Below are positions 12,038-24,194 of a stretch of DNA of 64,000 bases, piece after piece. Below the pieces are notes generated by a model. That model had not been told where the DNA came from. It did no database searches and was given only the letters and a program-made list of their open reading frames with translations. Position numbers and translations under genes: made by a program. The DNA is from Eledone cirrhosa (taxonomy: Eukaryota): NCBI GenBank assembly GCA_964016885.1, contig OZ024743.1:313472001-313536000 (forward strand). The letters are read 5' to 3'. Within the stretch, counting starts at the first letter, position 1, and every line of letters starts with the position of its first letter.

Positions 12038-13940
12038 ATGTTAAACGAAGCTAACGAAAATAGTGGTGGGGGGACAGCAAGAGTTGTAAGCTCGCACGCT
12101 TTAGTCCCCCCTTCCTTCCCAACTAATGTCATAGAGAAGGAAAGAAAAAATAAAATAAAAACAGACGAATGTGCCGAGAAAAATGACGGAAACACAAATC
12201 TGGACATTGATTCCAACAACAAAAAAAAATTTGAAAAATTGCATGACAATATTAATAGCACAAACAAAGACACAACAAACACAAAAATAACATTTGAAAA
12301 CAACATCATAACAGAAAGCAAAGCAGACGACAAAGTCAACACCAATAATATTTCATTTGCACAAACAACAAAGAAATCTTTGACATATATACCTGAAAAT
12401 ATTTCAGATGTGGCACAAATAATTATAAACGCCAAACAATACATAACTCAAGGGGAAAATGGTATTTTATCGGTAAAAAAGCCTCAAGAACTCACCAAAG
12501 ACATTGAAAGTGGACGGTCGTTTTCCGCACCATCAACAACATTTCTAAAAAACCTCAACAGCCAACACAAACAGAAATCAAAGCAGTACTTACAGAAGTA
12601 CTTAATGAAACCTATTTCATAAGAAGAGACAGACTGTATGGAAGCCTAGCGATTATTGTGAAGAACGAATCGGCGGCAAAAAATGTCCTTTGTCGCCGAT
12701 TCGTTCGACAAATTTTACCTTTTATTCATCTTATATGGGTAAAAGAACTCAGCGCATATGGCGGGATGCAATGATGCCAGATGTGGACTACTGCTGGCTC
12801 ATAGCTGGCTTCATCGATCCAGCGAATGACAACGTGATTTCCATTGGGAAAACCACAGGCAATGCGTTCAGTGGAACAGGTATAGAACTTGTAGTGCAAA
12901 TGAAGCCTGAACGCATCGCCCAAATACCCGACAGAATCCTATTAGAAGGCCACGGGTATATAAACATTAGCGTGGAGGGGAGAAGGCCGTCCTGTCATAT
13001 CTGTGCAGGTAGAGGGCACCTGAAGGCGGCTTGTCCCCAACTCAACAAAAAGAAAACCCTGCTACCAACACCAGCTCCACCACCACCACCACAACAGATA
13101 AACAAACAACAAAACTCAGTCCCACCCAAACCGTCCCTCAGTAAAACTACACCACCACTACAACACAAACAGTCACAACACATTACCCAAAAACAAAACA
13201 CAGTCCCACCCAACCCCTCACTCAATAAAACAACACAACCACCGCAGCCACAACACACAACACAGTCTAACATAGTGACATCCATCTCCCTCACAAAGAA
13301 AGCCAACACGGAAACATTACCAGCAAACATACCTCTTCCCTCCAACACTGAAGATAACCCAACGAATTCGGAGGAAGAAATGGAGTCCTTCAGACAGATT
13401 AAAAGGAAAAAAAGAAAACATGTGCAAAACACACAAGGCCAAACAACCCCTACCCAAATGTCAACACAATCCAACAAAACACAAAACACCCCTCCAGCAA
13501 CAAACAAAACCAAACCTGCCCCTCCCCTCTTCGAAACACTCACACCATCCGAAAAAAAGACATTACACTATACTTACATCAACAGAAACAATAATAAATT
13601 AAATGAATTCATAAACAATAACCCTTCGGTACAAACCGAAGGTGTAAACTTTGTTTCTTCAGAAAACTACCCACATTTAAAATTAATAAAGATCCCAATG
13701 AACCTCTACCAAAAACCAAAAAAGGATTTTAAGGAGAACGTAGGACCACCCGCTGTCAAACCCATAAACCGCGTCCTACTAAAAAGCTTTCCCCCTCCCC
13801 TTCCCCTCACCAACACAACTCCAAACACCCCAACCTCACCACACACTGACGACCCCACACCACCACAAGACACCCCTTCACCCAACACCCCGGACCCCAT
13901 GGAAGTCGTGCGACCCGAACCCCGGGAAGCAGAAAGGTAG
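12038..13940 (+). pseudogene. Tx1-A ORF1 (gag-like, CCHC zinc knuckle, P/T/Q-rich linker), disrupted near 12620-12690
   Basis: SFAQ motif, IPDRILLEG, CHICAGRGHLKAAC (CX2CX4HX4C) and basic KRKKRK. Confidence 0.85.
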
Positions 13941-13979
13941 GTCTCTACACTCTCCTTTGGCTTTGCCGCCCACATCGAT

Positions 13980-16900
13980 GTGTTAAGAGTAGGATGTTTG
14001 AATGCACGTGGCCTGGGCTCAACTTGGAAGCAAGCAAAGCTTCTAAATGACCTCAGGTCACGTGGTATAAATGTAATGGTTATCTGTGAGACTCGAATCA
14101 GCGTCGTGCGGCAGCTGGCCCCTACCTTCGATGACTTTGAGGTGCATGCATCTCTCTGTTAACCTGGAGGGGGAGGGGGGTTGTCGTACTGCTGGAAAAA
14201 CACCTGGGTCTCGCCGTACAGGTTGTTCACTCGGACCCGGAGGGTCGTTTGTTGGTGCTAGACGTTGGCAGTAGTGAAGGTGTGGCCTTGAGACTGGTCG
14301 CCGTCTACTCCCCTTTAGGAGCTGAACGGCCCGACTTCTTCCAGCGTTTGGAGACTTTTCTGGGAACGTCGCGTTCCCTGCTTCTAGCGGGGGATTGGAA
14401 TGACATCCTAGATGCACGTTGGGACTATGCAGGAGCATGTCCTAATAGATGGGGGTGTAACAGCCTCAAGGGGTTACTCGACCGTTTTAACTTGGTCGAT
14501 AGATATCGACTAGATTTTCCAACTGTGCCAGCCTGGACTTGGACGAACCAAAGTGGTCAATCTAGATCGTACTTAGATAGATCCTTAGTTAGAAGTAAGG
14601 ATAGGGACATATTAAGCTGTCCAGAAATGCTCACGGTTGGCTATACGGATCACAAATTAGTGACCTGCGTAGTCAATCTCGAGAAAACACATAAACAGGG
14701 TCCCGGTTACTGGAAACTTAATTTGTCTTTACCGGCAAAAGAGACTTACAGAAACCGGATTAGCAGATTAGTTGAGGAGAGGTTGACGGGTGCAATCGTC
14801 AACAACCGATGGTGGGCATCTCTCAAAAGAGAGATTAGAACAGAATCAATAAGTTATAGCAAGATGTTAGCTGCCGATAGGAATAGAAACAAGAAAGAAT
14901 TAACAGGTAAATTAGAAGAGGCAATCAAGAGCGAAGATGTGGCCAGAGTGCTGGCATCGAGGACGGCCTTGAACCAGTTTTTCGATGCAAAGCACGAAGG
15001 CTGCGTCATTCGAAGTAAAATACGTGCTCTAGGTAATGAGGGGGCCAAAGCCGTTGGCTGGGCCCGCGTGACAGAAGCTAAGAGTGGAAATCGATCCACC
15101 ATCCGGTCTTTGCAAGACGAGGATGGACAGGTGATCCGGGAGCCTAAGCAGATGTGCGAGGCCTTTCAAAGGCACTTTGCCCGATTATTCGGGGGAGGCG
15201 AGGGTCCGGGCAGGGACGTGGATTTCGGTCCATACCTCGACGGCCTGCCGCGTCTCTCGAGCGAAGAGGCAGAGTCCTGCGAGGGACCAATCTCGGCTGA
15301 TGAGATCGGAGATGCGCTGAGCCAATGCAGCAAACGCAAATCTCCAGGTCTCGATGGTATACCTTACGAACTTTATTTAGCAATGCCGGTCTTTTTCTCC
15401 GAACTCCTCGAAGGGGTCTACTGCAACTGGCAGCAGAACGGGAGAATTCCTTGTTCTGTAGCCAAGGGCGTAGTCTCGCTGGTGAGGAAGGACGAGAACA
15501 AGGGGGATAGTATAAATGATTTTCGGCACATAACCCTGCTAAACACAGTTAAAGATTTTGGCCAAGGTGTTAGCAAAGAGGTTGGCGCTTGTCGTGGGTG
15601 GCTTGGTGGGAGACGCGCAGACATGTGCTGTCCCATCCAGGTCAATTCACGATAACATCCATCTCATGCGATACATCATAGAGAGGGTTGGCAACAAACC
15701 CGGCTTCGGTGGGGCCCTGATCGACTTGGATCAGTCTAAGGCCTTCGATAGGGTCGACCATGGTTACCTGGATGCGGTGCTAGCGGCGGCTGGGTTCGGT
15801 CCTGTTTTCAGAGGCTGGATCACTGCCTTACATAGCAACCACATCTGTTCTAGGATCAAGGTGAACGGCTACCTTTCGAAGCCGTTCGAAATCACACGAT
15901 CCATTCGACAAGGGTGCCCTCTCTCATGCCTTCTGTACGTATTGACTCTCGAGCCTTTACTGAGGAAGTTGGAGTTGTTGCAGGGTATCCCCCTGGAACC
16001 AGGATTGAGCAAAGCGGTGTCGGTCTACGCCGATGACGTAACAGTAATGGTATCGACCGACTCGGAGATCGAGGCGATCGGTACCTTACTGGAGGATTAC
16101 GAAAGGTTGTCAGGAGCGAAACTGAACCGGGAAAAATCCATCGGGCTGCAACTCGGAACGTGGAGAGGCAGACCGATGCCTCCCGACGGTGTCGTCGGAT
16201 ACTGGACGGAGGGCCCGGTGAAGTTGCTTGGGGTCTGGTTTGGACCGGACCTCCAGGTGGAAAAGAACTGGGACGAGGTTACGAACAAGGTGTTTGCACT
16301 AACCCAGAAATGGGCCAAGTGTAAGCTGTCCCTAAAAGGTCGGGCGGAGGTGGCGAACATTTACATAGCGTCCGTCACTTACTACCGCCTGACTGTCGTG
16401 CCTTGCCCTTTCTTTGGAAGAAGCGCCCTCCTATGGTGAGAAGATCCATCTGCTGCCAACAACCATCGAAAGGAGGGCTGAGGATGCCGTGGTTGATGAT
16501 GCGTAGGCACGCATTAAGGCTACGGCACCTACAGGTAGTCCCCACTGGTCAACCGGTGTGGGCTCCGTTCGTGAAACGAGCCTTTCCGAGACTCGTCTCG
16601 CTCACCGAGCTGCAGTCCTAGGTCAAGCAAAGATCCGGAAAACTGGGAGACTGGCACACTGAGTGTGCCCAGGCGCTCAGGGCTCTCTGGCAAGCGGGCC
16701 AGGCCATCGGTGGAGAATCCACCTCATCATTCTATAGAGGGCTGGTGGCTAGCAGGGGCGATGACACCCTTGGAGAATCGCTGGACATGGAAGAGGACGA
16801 ACTGGCCAGCCTGTTCGGTAGGACTTGGGCCCGGGACCAATGGACAACTTCCAGAAGTCACTAGCCTGGCAGTGCTACCGGGGGGCTCTACCCGGTCGAG

Positions 16901-17367
16901 ACAGGCTCTACAGACATGGGCGCCCGGACAGGGATCCCTCGATAAAGATTTGCCCTAGATGCGTGCGTCACGAAGAAACCGTTGCGCACGCATTGGTGCA
17001 ATGTCCGGGCGTGGCTGATCTGTGGGGCTACGCCGAACGACTGCTGTCGCGGGTGGCGCCCATCCGATTGACCGCCGAGTCCGTGGTGACAATCAAGCCG
17101 CCTCCCCTCTTCACAAAGGAAGCAAAGGCGGTTTTTCTGTGCGTAATAGCCATGTTGAAAGAGGTTGTTTGGTGGACACGATTGAAAGGTCTGAGGTCAG
17201 GCAACTTCCTCTCTGGTCATAGTCTGGTCTACTTCTTCCGATATCACTTCGGAAGAAGGATAAGAATGGAGAGAGAGGTGCTTGGCCACAGGCAGTTTTA
17301 TGAAAGGTGGGTGATAGTGGCAAGAATGGCTCGTGTAAATGGGCCTTCTCTGTATACCATCCTGTAG
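13980..17367 (+). pseudogene. Tx1-A ORF2 (APE endonuclease, RT, C-terminal zinc finger); several stops and frameshifts
   Basis: LNARGL, GDWND, SYLDR, TDHK, GPGYWKLN, KSPGLDG, DLDQSKAFDRVDH, RQGCPLS, YADD, CPRC...ETVAHALVQC. Confidence 0.93.
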
Positions 17368-17578
17368 GTAAAGAAGTGAAGGAGAGGGGAGCACCTTCTC
17401 CATGTGCTCCCGGGCAAAGGATTGCACACTTTTTCGGGGGTGTGTGCAACCCCCATCACGTCCCCTCCCTTTTGAGGTTGTTTTCGATTATTTTCATTTT
17501 ATATCCTTTTTACTCGATTTTATGTAAACTCCCCCTTTGTATTTGTCCCTTCTTTTTATGCCTTTATGGTAAATAGAG

Positions 17579-17614
<36 letters not shown>

Positions 17615-17633
17615 CTATTGTGTATATGCCAAC

Positions 17634-18981
17634 ATGTCTGGAAAGCAACAAATGAAATCAACAGAATCAGAAAGAATTCTAAAGGAGATATCATCGAAAT
17701 TATCAACAATTATCACGATGATTGACACACAATCCTCTATTTTAAAGGAAATAGAAAAACAATCTACAGACGGAAAACTTATAACTGAACATATAAACTC
17801 TGAAATTAAGAATTTAGCTGAAATTATACCAACAGTTATCAAAGATACAAGAGAAAGCCTACCACAATCCCCTTCGATGTCAGGACTAAACGAAAGAAAT
17901 TTGGAAAACAAAACACATCGAATAAGAAAAGAAATGTGGAAAACATGGGAAAAAATTCCTTAACATAAGAAAACAAAACTTCTGGATAGCATACAATTGC
18001 GAACAATATGTCGAAACACATTCGAAATGGCTCTCTCTAACGGCACCCATACTCCCTCGTAAATACCTAATTACAGAAATTGCAGAACCAGAAGAAGAAA
18101 CAAAACTCCGACGGGAACTTACATTGACAAAATTCAGGACCGACATCTTCATTTCTCAATGTAAACAATCCGCTACAAAGCCAAATATGAAGCTATTGAT
18201 GACCAAATTGAAGTTGAAATTTCAAAGCTAACGACTGGTAATATAGCTGGAAAACTACGAGAACTTTGGATCAGAGATATCTCAAAAGAAGAAAACAAAC
18301 AAGAAAGGTATGGCAGCAGAAACAATTATTTCTCGACGAATATGCTGCAAATTACGGTAAAGACTCTGGAACCCTGAGAAAAAGCATTAAAAGTGGACAA
18401 TCTCACCAACACAACATACGCCAGAACACGTGCCAACACAAACACTCACCTTACCTTGAATCAAAGAAGAACTACGGTAATAACTCTTCGCTTTTTCTAC
18501 AAAAACACCCTATCGCACACAACTTGAACAAAAAGCACAAACACGATAGATATTCCTTTGACCAGACCATGAGAAGTAGTAAAACCAGGAGATCATTCTC
18601 AAGATCTCAACAGAGACTACAACAAGGAATGTGGAAACAAAACGTAGAATAACCAGATCACTCTCAAGATCTCAACAGAGATTGCCCACAAGAAACTGGG
18701 CGAAAAAACGATCTAAACCTGAAAGCAAACCTAGGTCATTTCCCCAGATTGTTAAAAATAATGCTAACAGGAAATGGAAAAATAATATACATAATACCAA
18801 AAATAGGACAAAATACATAACGAAACCAAATATAATATCACGACCAAAAGTTCATCAAGCGAACACCAACAGGAATATAAATCCTGAACAGAGAAAAATC
18901 CATTTTTTAACGTCAGGACAACAAAAACCGGAAAAAGAAAAACTCCAGGAGGAAACATACCCAAAACAACTGTACACGTAG
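17634..18981 (+). pseudogene. Upstream ORF1 of the PLE (coiled-coil-like N-terminal half, basic N/K/R-rich C-terminal half), broken by several frameshifts
   Basis: Segments 17634-17955, ~17956-18170, ~18170-18300, 18266-18652 and 18631-18981 read as one protein (…MWKTWEK/FLNIRKQNFW…LPRKYL…KFRTDI…RYKAKYEAIDDQ…LRELW…WQQKQLF…HFL); the ATG follows the pLTR leader. Confidence 0.62.
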
Positions 18982-21208
18982 ATCCTAAAATAATTAATTT
19001 ATCTAAAAGAGATCTTGACAATGATGAAATGCAAATTCTGCCAAAAGGACTGAAATTCACACCGACTCCAACAGTCAACCACCAAGAACTGAAGGAGGAT
19101 ATCCAAGAATTCTGTCGAAAATTACGTCTTGTAGAATTATTCGCTAATAAAAGTAATGAGAGTGATGAATCACTAGTAAAGAATAAATCAAATTTCACTC
19201 CGCCAAAAGGAAGAAATATCTATCTCGACCAATACATTGACATCCTGTCTAAATTTTCTCTTAGACGTAATACTAATGTTAGTCCAAACATTAACAAATC
19301 AGAAATGTCTGCACTTAAACGTATACAAAATGATAAAACAATAATAATTAAACAAGCAGATAAAGGGGGTAAAGTTGTTATAATGGATACTACAAAGATT
19401 TGGTTGAGGAACAACTGAAAGACACAACATTCTATCATGAAATACCGTCAAATATAGACCACAACATCATGAAGAAGATCAACAACCTGGCTTCAAAATA
19501 CCACAACTCACTTACTGATAAGGAAAGAGACTACATCACCAATTTTGAGCCAAAACCCAGCAACCTGTATGGCCTACCGAAAGTTCATAAGTCAAAAGAA
19601 ATACAACTGGCAGTAAGAGAACAAAACAGTGAGTACATTAAATTACTACACCCAAAAGACTTAAAACTTAGACCTATTATAGCTGGTCCAACATGCCCCA
19701 CCCACCGTCTAAGCAATTTTGTTGACATTATTTTGAAACCACTATGTATTCACATACCCAGTTTCATCCGGGATGATATCGACTTCCTGTCCCATCTTCC
19801 CAAAACCACGGAAACGAATTCACTTCTACTCAGTTTTGATGTGGTAAGCCTTTATACCAACATTACACATGATTTAGGAATAACGGCGGTTAAATACTGG
19901 GTAGAAAAACATAGAGAAGTGATTCCCATCAGATTCACAGCGCCATTTATATTAGACGCAGTTAAACTTATTCTGGAAAACAACACTTTCTTCTTCAATG
20001 GAAAGAATTACATCCACATTAGAGGCACAGCGATGGGAATGAAGTTTGCTCCCGTTTACGCGAACTCTGTAATGGGATACTTAGAACAACAACTCTACCA
20101 AGAAACAGAGGAAAAATATAGTACTGACTTAAGAAAGTACATTGAAAAATCTTGGAAGAGATACCTTGACGACTGTTTCATCATCTGGACAGAATCTCCA
20201 GATACTCTGGATGAGTTCAATATCCTCCTGAATAACCTACACCCATCTCTCCAATTCACAAAAGAGATGAGTAGCACCAAATTACCATTCCTAGATATAA
20301 TGATAATCAAAAACGACACCACCATTAACACGGATATATATTATAAGCACACAGACACTCATCAATATCTGAATTTTAAGTCCTGCCATCCACCTCATAC
20401 AAAACGCAACATCCCATACTGCCTAGCCAGAAGAATTTGTACCATTGTAGAAGATACGAATACCAGGTACAAACGCCTAACAGAACTAAGAGAATCTTTG
20501 CTCAAACAAAAATACCCATCTCTACTTATAGAAAATGGCATACAGCGGGCTATAAAAATACCTGTACAACAACTTAGGACAACCCAAGGAAGAAGAAACC
20601 AAGAACTGGTCATACCATTTATAATGACACACAACCCATGTCACCAGAATATCTTCAACACTGCCAAAGCAAACCTACCGATCATTGCTCAAAGTAATGA
20701 ATTAAAAGGCTTAATCACAGATCGATCTTTGACTCTTAGTAAAAGACAGCCAAAAAATTTGAAGCAATTACTAACAAAAGCAAAGTTTGACCTTAACAAC
20801 AAAGACCAATCATTCACTGTATCTAAATGCAATGATAGTCGATGCGGCACATGTCAATCCATACACGCCGGTCAATATATGAAAACAAAAACTGGAAAAA
20901 TATTCCCAAATGCAAATATGAACTGCAAAAGCAGAAATTTAATTTACTGCATTAAATGCCCGAATTGTGAAGAACTATATGTCGGTCAAACTGGAAATGC
21001 ACTATCGGAACGTGCACGGGTACACCGTCAGCAAATCAGAGACCCAAATGTCCGTCAGATACCCCTAAGTAACCATCTAGCAACATGTGGTCAGGGAATA
21101 TTTATAATATTCCCATTCTACAAATTACACAGCCCAAGTGAAATCAAGAGAAAAATCAAAGAAAAGAATGTTATTGATAAATTCAAACCCAAGCTAAATG
21201 AACAATAA
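18903..21208 (+). pseudogene. PLE ORF2: RT plus GIY-YIG endonuclease, one frameshift near 19390
   Basis: IINLS...KGLKFTPTP, IIKQADKGG, LYGLPKVHK, LRPII, FDVVSLYTNI, GTAMG, RYLDD, LPFLD, SCHP, CxxxxCxxC, LIYCIKCPNC...YVGQT. Confidence 0.93.
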
Positions 21209-21270
21209 TAATGCTTAGGGGTATTACTTCTACTATGACTATGACTACGACCATGTCGACTACAACCGCT

Positions 21271-21316
<46 letters not shown>

Positions 21317-21318
21317 GC

Positions 21319-21365
<47 letters not shown>

Positions 21366-21382
21366 ACATAATAATAATAATA
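21271..21382. repeat. (AAC)n/(AAT)n microsatellite inside the PLE 3' UTR
   Basis: Directly visible; a shorter version is in the inverted copy at ~11225-11265. Confidence 0.9.
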
Positions 21383-21474
21383 AAAGTGATGTTGATGGTG
21401 ATGATTACTAGAAAATGCTATTTTCATCATTTCTAAAAATAGCAAAACAATTGATGCTTTGGATATGATTAATT

Positions 21475-21640
21475 ATTGGTCGTTAGACATGCTCAACCAC
21501 CCATGACGCTTAAACCAATCAGCTTTAGTAATTCAGTGAAACTACACACTGATTGGTCGAAATACAGTTTGCAAGATTTAGCATTCTGGAGCCACTTTTC
21601 ACTGTATATAAGGTACAAAATTTACCCATCTCATTACAGT
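21475..21640 (+). promoter_or_regulatory. Putative Pol II promoter of the PLE (CCAAT boxes and TATA)
   Basis: ATTGG 21475, CCAAT 21515, ATTGG 21552 and TATATAA 21605-21611, just upstream of the pLTR start and the hammerhead. Confidence 0.5.
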
Positions 21641-21674
21641 TGAAAATTGCAAACTTGACTGTCACCACATATTA

Positions 21675-21713
21675 TGAACCTGAAGATTGCGAAAGCATGA
21701 AAGTACTTGTTCA
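21675..21713 (+). ncRNA. Minimal type I hammerhead ribozyme (3' pLTR)
   Basis: tgaac-CTGAAGA-t-tgc(gaaa)gca-t-GAAA-gtac-TT-gttca; a palindromic GUAC loop replaces stem III. Confidence 0.8.
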
Positions 21714-21973
21714 ATTAACACTTAGAATTTAATATTCTATCATACTATTTCATTATAATACCATTATAAATTTTAAAGGATTGTAAATAAAACGAGTAAA
21801 TCAGACAAAGTTGGAATTCCTCTTATTAATATATATATATATATGGATCACACAGTAACAATACACCAGGAATTAAAATTATTGGATCTGCTATGATGAG
21901 AAACAAGATGTGAAACAAAAGGACTGTGCTGCTGCTGCTGCTCCTGATAATAGTTATATTTATAGTTATAATG

Positions 21974-22030
<57 letters not shown>

Positions 22031-22128
22031 ATATGTTCTGTTTACATGTTTACATGTTTTATTGTGTATGGTCCTATTACGTGTGTTTCGTATATGATCC
22101 GCTTACAGTAAATCACTTAATCACCTAA

Positions 22129-22167
<39 letters not shown>

Positions 22168-22814
22168 CACACATATATATATATATATATATATAATTAT
22201 ATATACATACATACACACACACATATATATATATATATATGTGTGTGCGTGTGTGTGTGTGTGTCTATCTGTATACCTACTAGCTTGGTTGAAAAACGCA
22301 TTTCTACCTGTATAATCTGATAATGATATAAGAAGACGGCCATGTCCATAATCGAAGGTGAATATTACTGCCAAAAATATCTAACAAAAACATAACAACG
22401 AAGCAATAGACACTAAATATTTTTAACGTCCACGATTGCAGTGAGCCATCCGATATTTATTCATTAATTCCAACTGTGTTTTTGTGATATAACGGCATTC
22501 GATTTTTCTTTGAGTCATTACAGATGTTTCCTTGTGATATTGTATTAATGAATAGAAGTTGTTACCGTCAACTTATTGAATATAATATACTTTCTCTTCC
22601 TCTACCTGCCTTGATCTGACTTATTCATTATAATATATTTCTTTGTACACATGCAATGTATGTATGTATGTATGCATGCATGTATGTGTGTATGTATGTA
22701 TGATTGCATGTTTGTATGTATTTATGTATGTATGATTGCATGTTTGTATGTATTTATGTATGTATATGTGTATGTATGTATGCATGTATGTATGGATGTA
22801 TGTACGTATGAAAC

Positions 22815-23140
22815 CAGATGAAAGAAATCGAATTCTTCTCATACCTGAGGATTTAAATGCAAGAGTTAGAAATGATCACAGAACTTGGAATGGGAATGGA
22901 AAATGTAATACTCCTGAAAATGTGCTAGAAAATGTAATAACTCCTGGAAATGTGCTAGAAGCTAAGTCTTTGTATAGCTTTGTATTGCTAACACTTTCTT
23001 CCGGCACCAGGAGAGAAGCACAAGACAGCCTAGACGCATCCCGGTTCAAAACATGTGATTGGTTTTGTTCTTGGGCATATGCGTGATGTTCGAGACATAT
23101 GTCATGTCAATGCGTTGCGCGGAGCTATGTGCAGTAAACC
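22815..23140 (+). pseudogene. Old RTE-type APE endonuclease fragment
   Basis: Translates in pieces to ILLIPEDLNARVRND...GKCN and CIANTFFR...HKT...HPGSKH, resembling GDFNARVG / ITNTFF / TWMHPRSKHW. Confidence 0.5.
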
Positions 23141-23149
23141 ACAATTTTT

Positions 23150-23325
23150 TGGGGAACCGTAGGTCGGACGCCATGCTTTCCAGCATAGTTACGTCCCTTT
23201 ACAGTCTGAGTTCAAATCCCGCCGAGGTTAACTTTGCCTTTCGTCCTTTCGGGGTCGATAAAATAAATTACCAGTAATGTACTAGTCAATTGCTGGCCTT
23301 GTACCAAAAGTAGAAACAATTATAA
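23150..23325 (+). mobile_element. tRNA-derived SINE
   Basis: B-box gagttcaaatccc, then gaggttaactttgcctttc...ggggtcgataaaat...ctggccttgt; same family as 52922-53312. Confidence 0.8.
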
Positions 23326-24194
23326 TTCCAAAGAAACTAAATATTGCTCTGATTAAAAATGCTTCAGTAAAGATGAGAAAGTTAGGAAGGTTTCAGTGTG
23401 AAGACACTTGAGAACATTTCAAAACTTTGGTTTATGATACTTCGGCATCTTTTCTTCGTATTGTTGGTAGGAAACATCAATCTTAGTTCAATGAAAAGGA
23501 AGAAGAGAATCCCGTGCTACTTAAGATAGCATTAGGTAAAGGAACTTGGCAGGGGAGAATAAAGAGGTAAAGTGTAATTTACAACACAAGCTTCCTATTC
23601 TGCAAGACGATTAAAGGAGAAACAAACAAGTGGTTTCAGTCTACAGCTGATGCCAACAATACAAAGCTAAATTTCATCTTCCTCCCCAATTCCACCTAGA
23701 AAATCTCCCAATTTTATCTCAAAACTCTCAGATTGTTTGGCAATATACCGTATGTTTAATTAAAAACATTTTGAAGACCTTGCGCTATCATTTTAAAATA
23801 GTGACTATGTCACTTACTTTTTTTTCGGCAAAGGAAGGGAGAGAAGCTGACAGATTCGGTTTCAAACTGTTGGTATTCCTCAGGGCAACATACTCCCCTC
23901 CCCGTCCCTGCCGAAAATTATAGAGGCTGGATTCTTATAGAATTCCAGTAATAATCAGGAACTCATTATACAGAGCGATTGCCGGTCCAGCAAAAATTTA
24001 TTTTTTACGCATACATACACATATCATAATTATTTAAATTATCCATAGCGTCAAAAAGAACGTTTTTTTAGCCCTTTATCTCAACCTCATTTGCGTACTC
24101 ATCTTGATAATTTGAAATATCTGACTTTTCTTCTCTTATCCCTTCACTATGCAAGGAAAACTTGAACCGTTAAGGTATTTTTCTTTATGTCAAC

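Larger units (their letters stand above)
11808..17580 (+). mobile_element. Near full-length L1/Tx1-clade LINE (Tx1-A) inserted in (TA)n
   Basis: 5' end ggctagctg after (TA)n; two-ORF layout; U-rich 3' UTR ending aaatagagaa followed by (TA)n. Confidence 0.93.
17612..21830 (+). mobile_element. Body and 3' pLTR of a Neptune-type Penelope-like element
   Basis: PLE RT with a Cys-rich linker and GIY-YIG endonuclease; terminal repeat 21613-21830 contains a hammerhead; ends in (TA)n. Confidence 0.92.
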
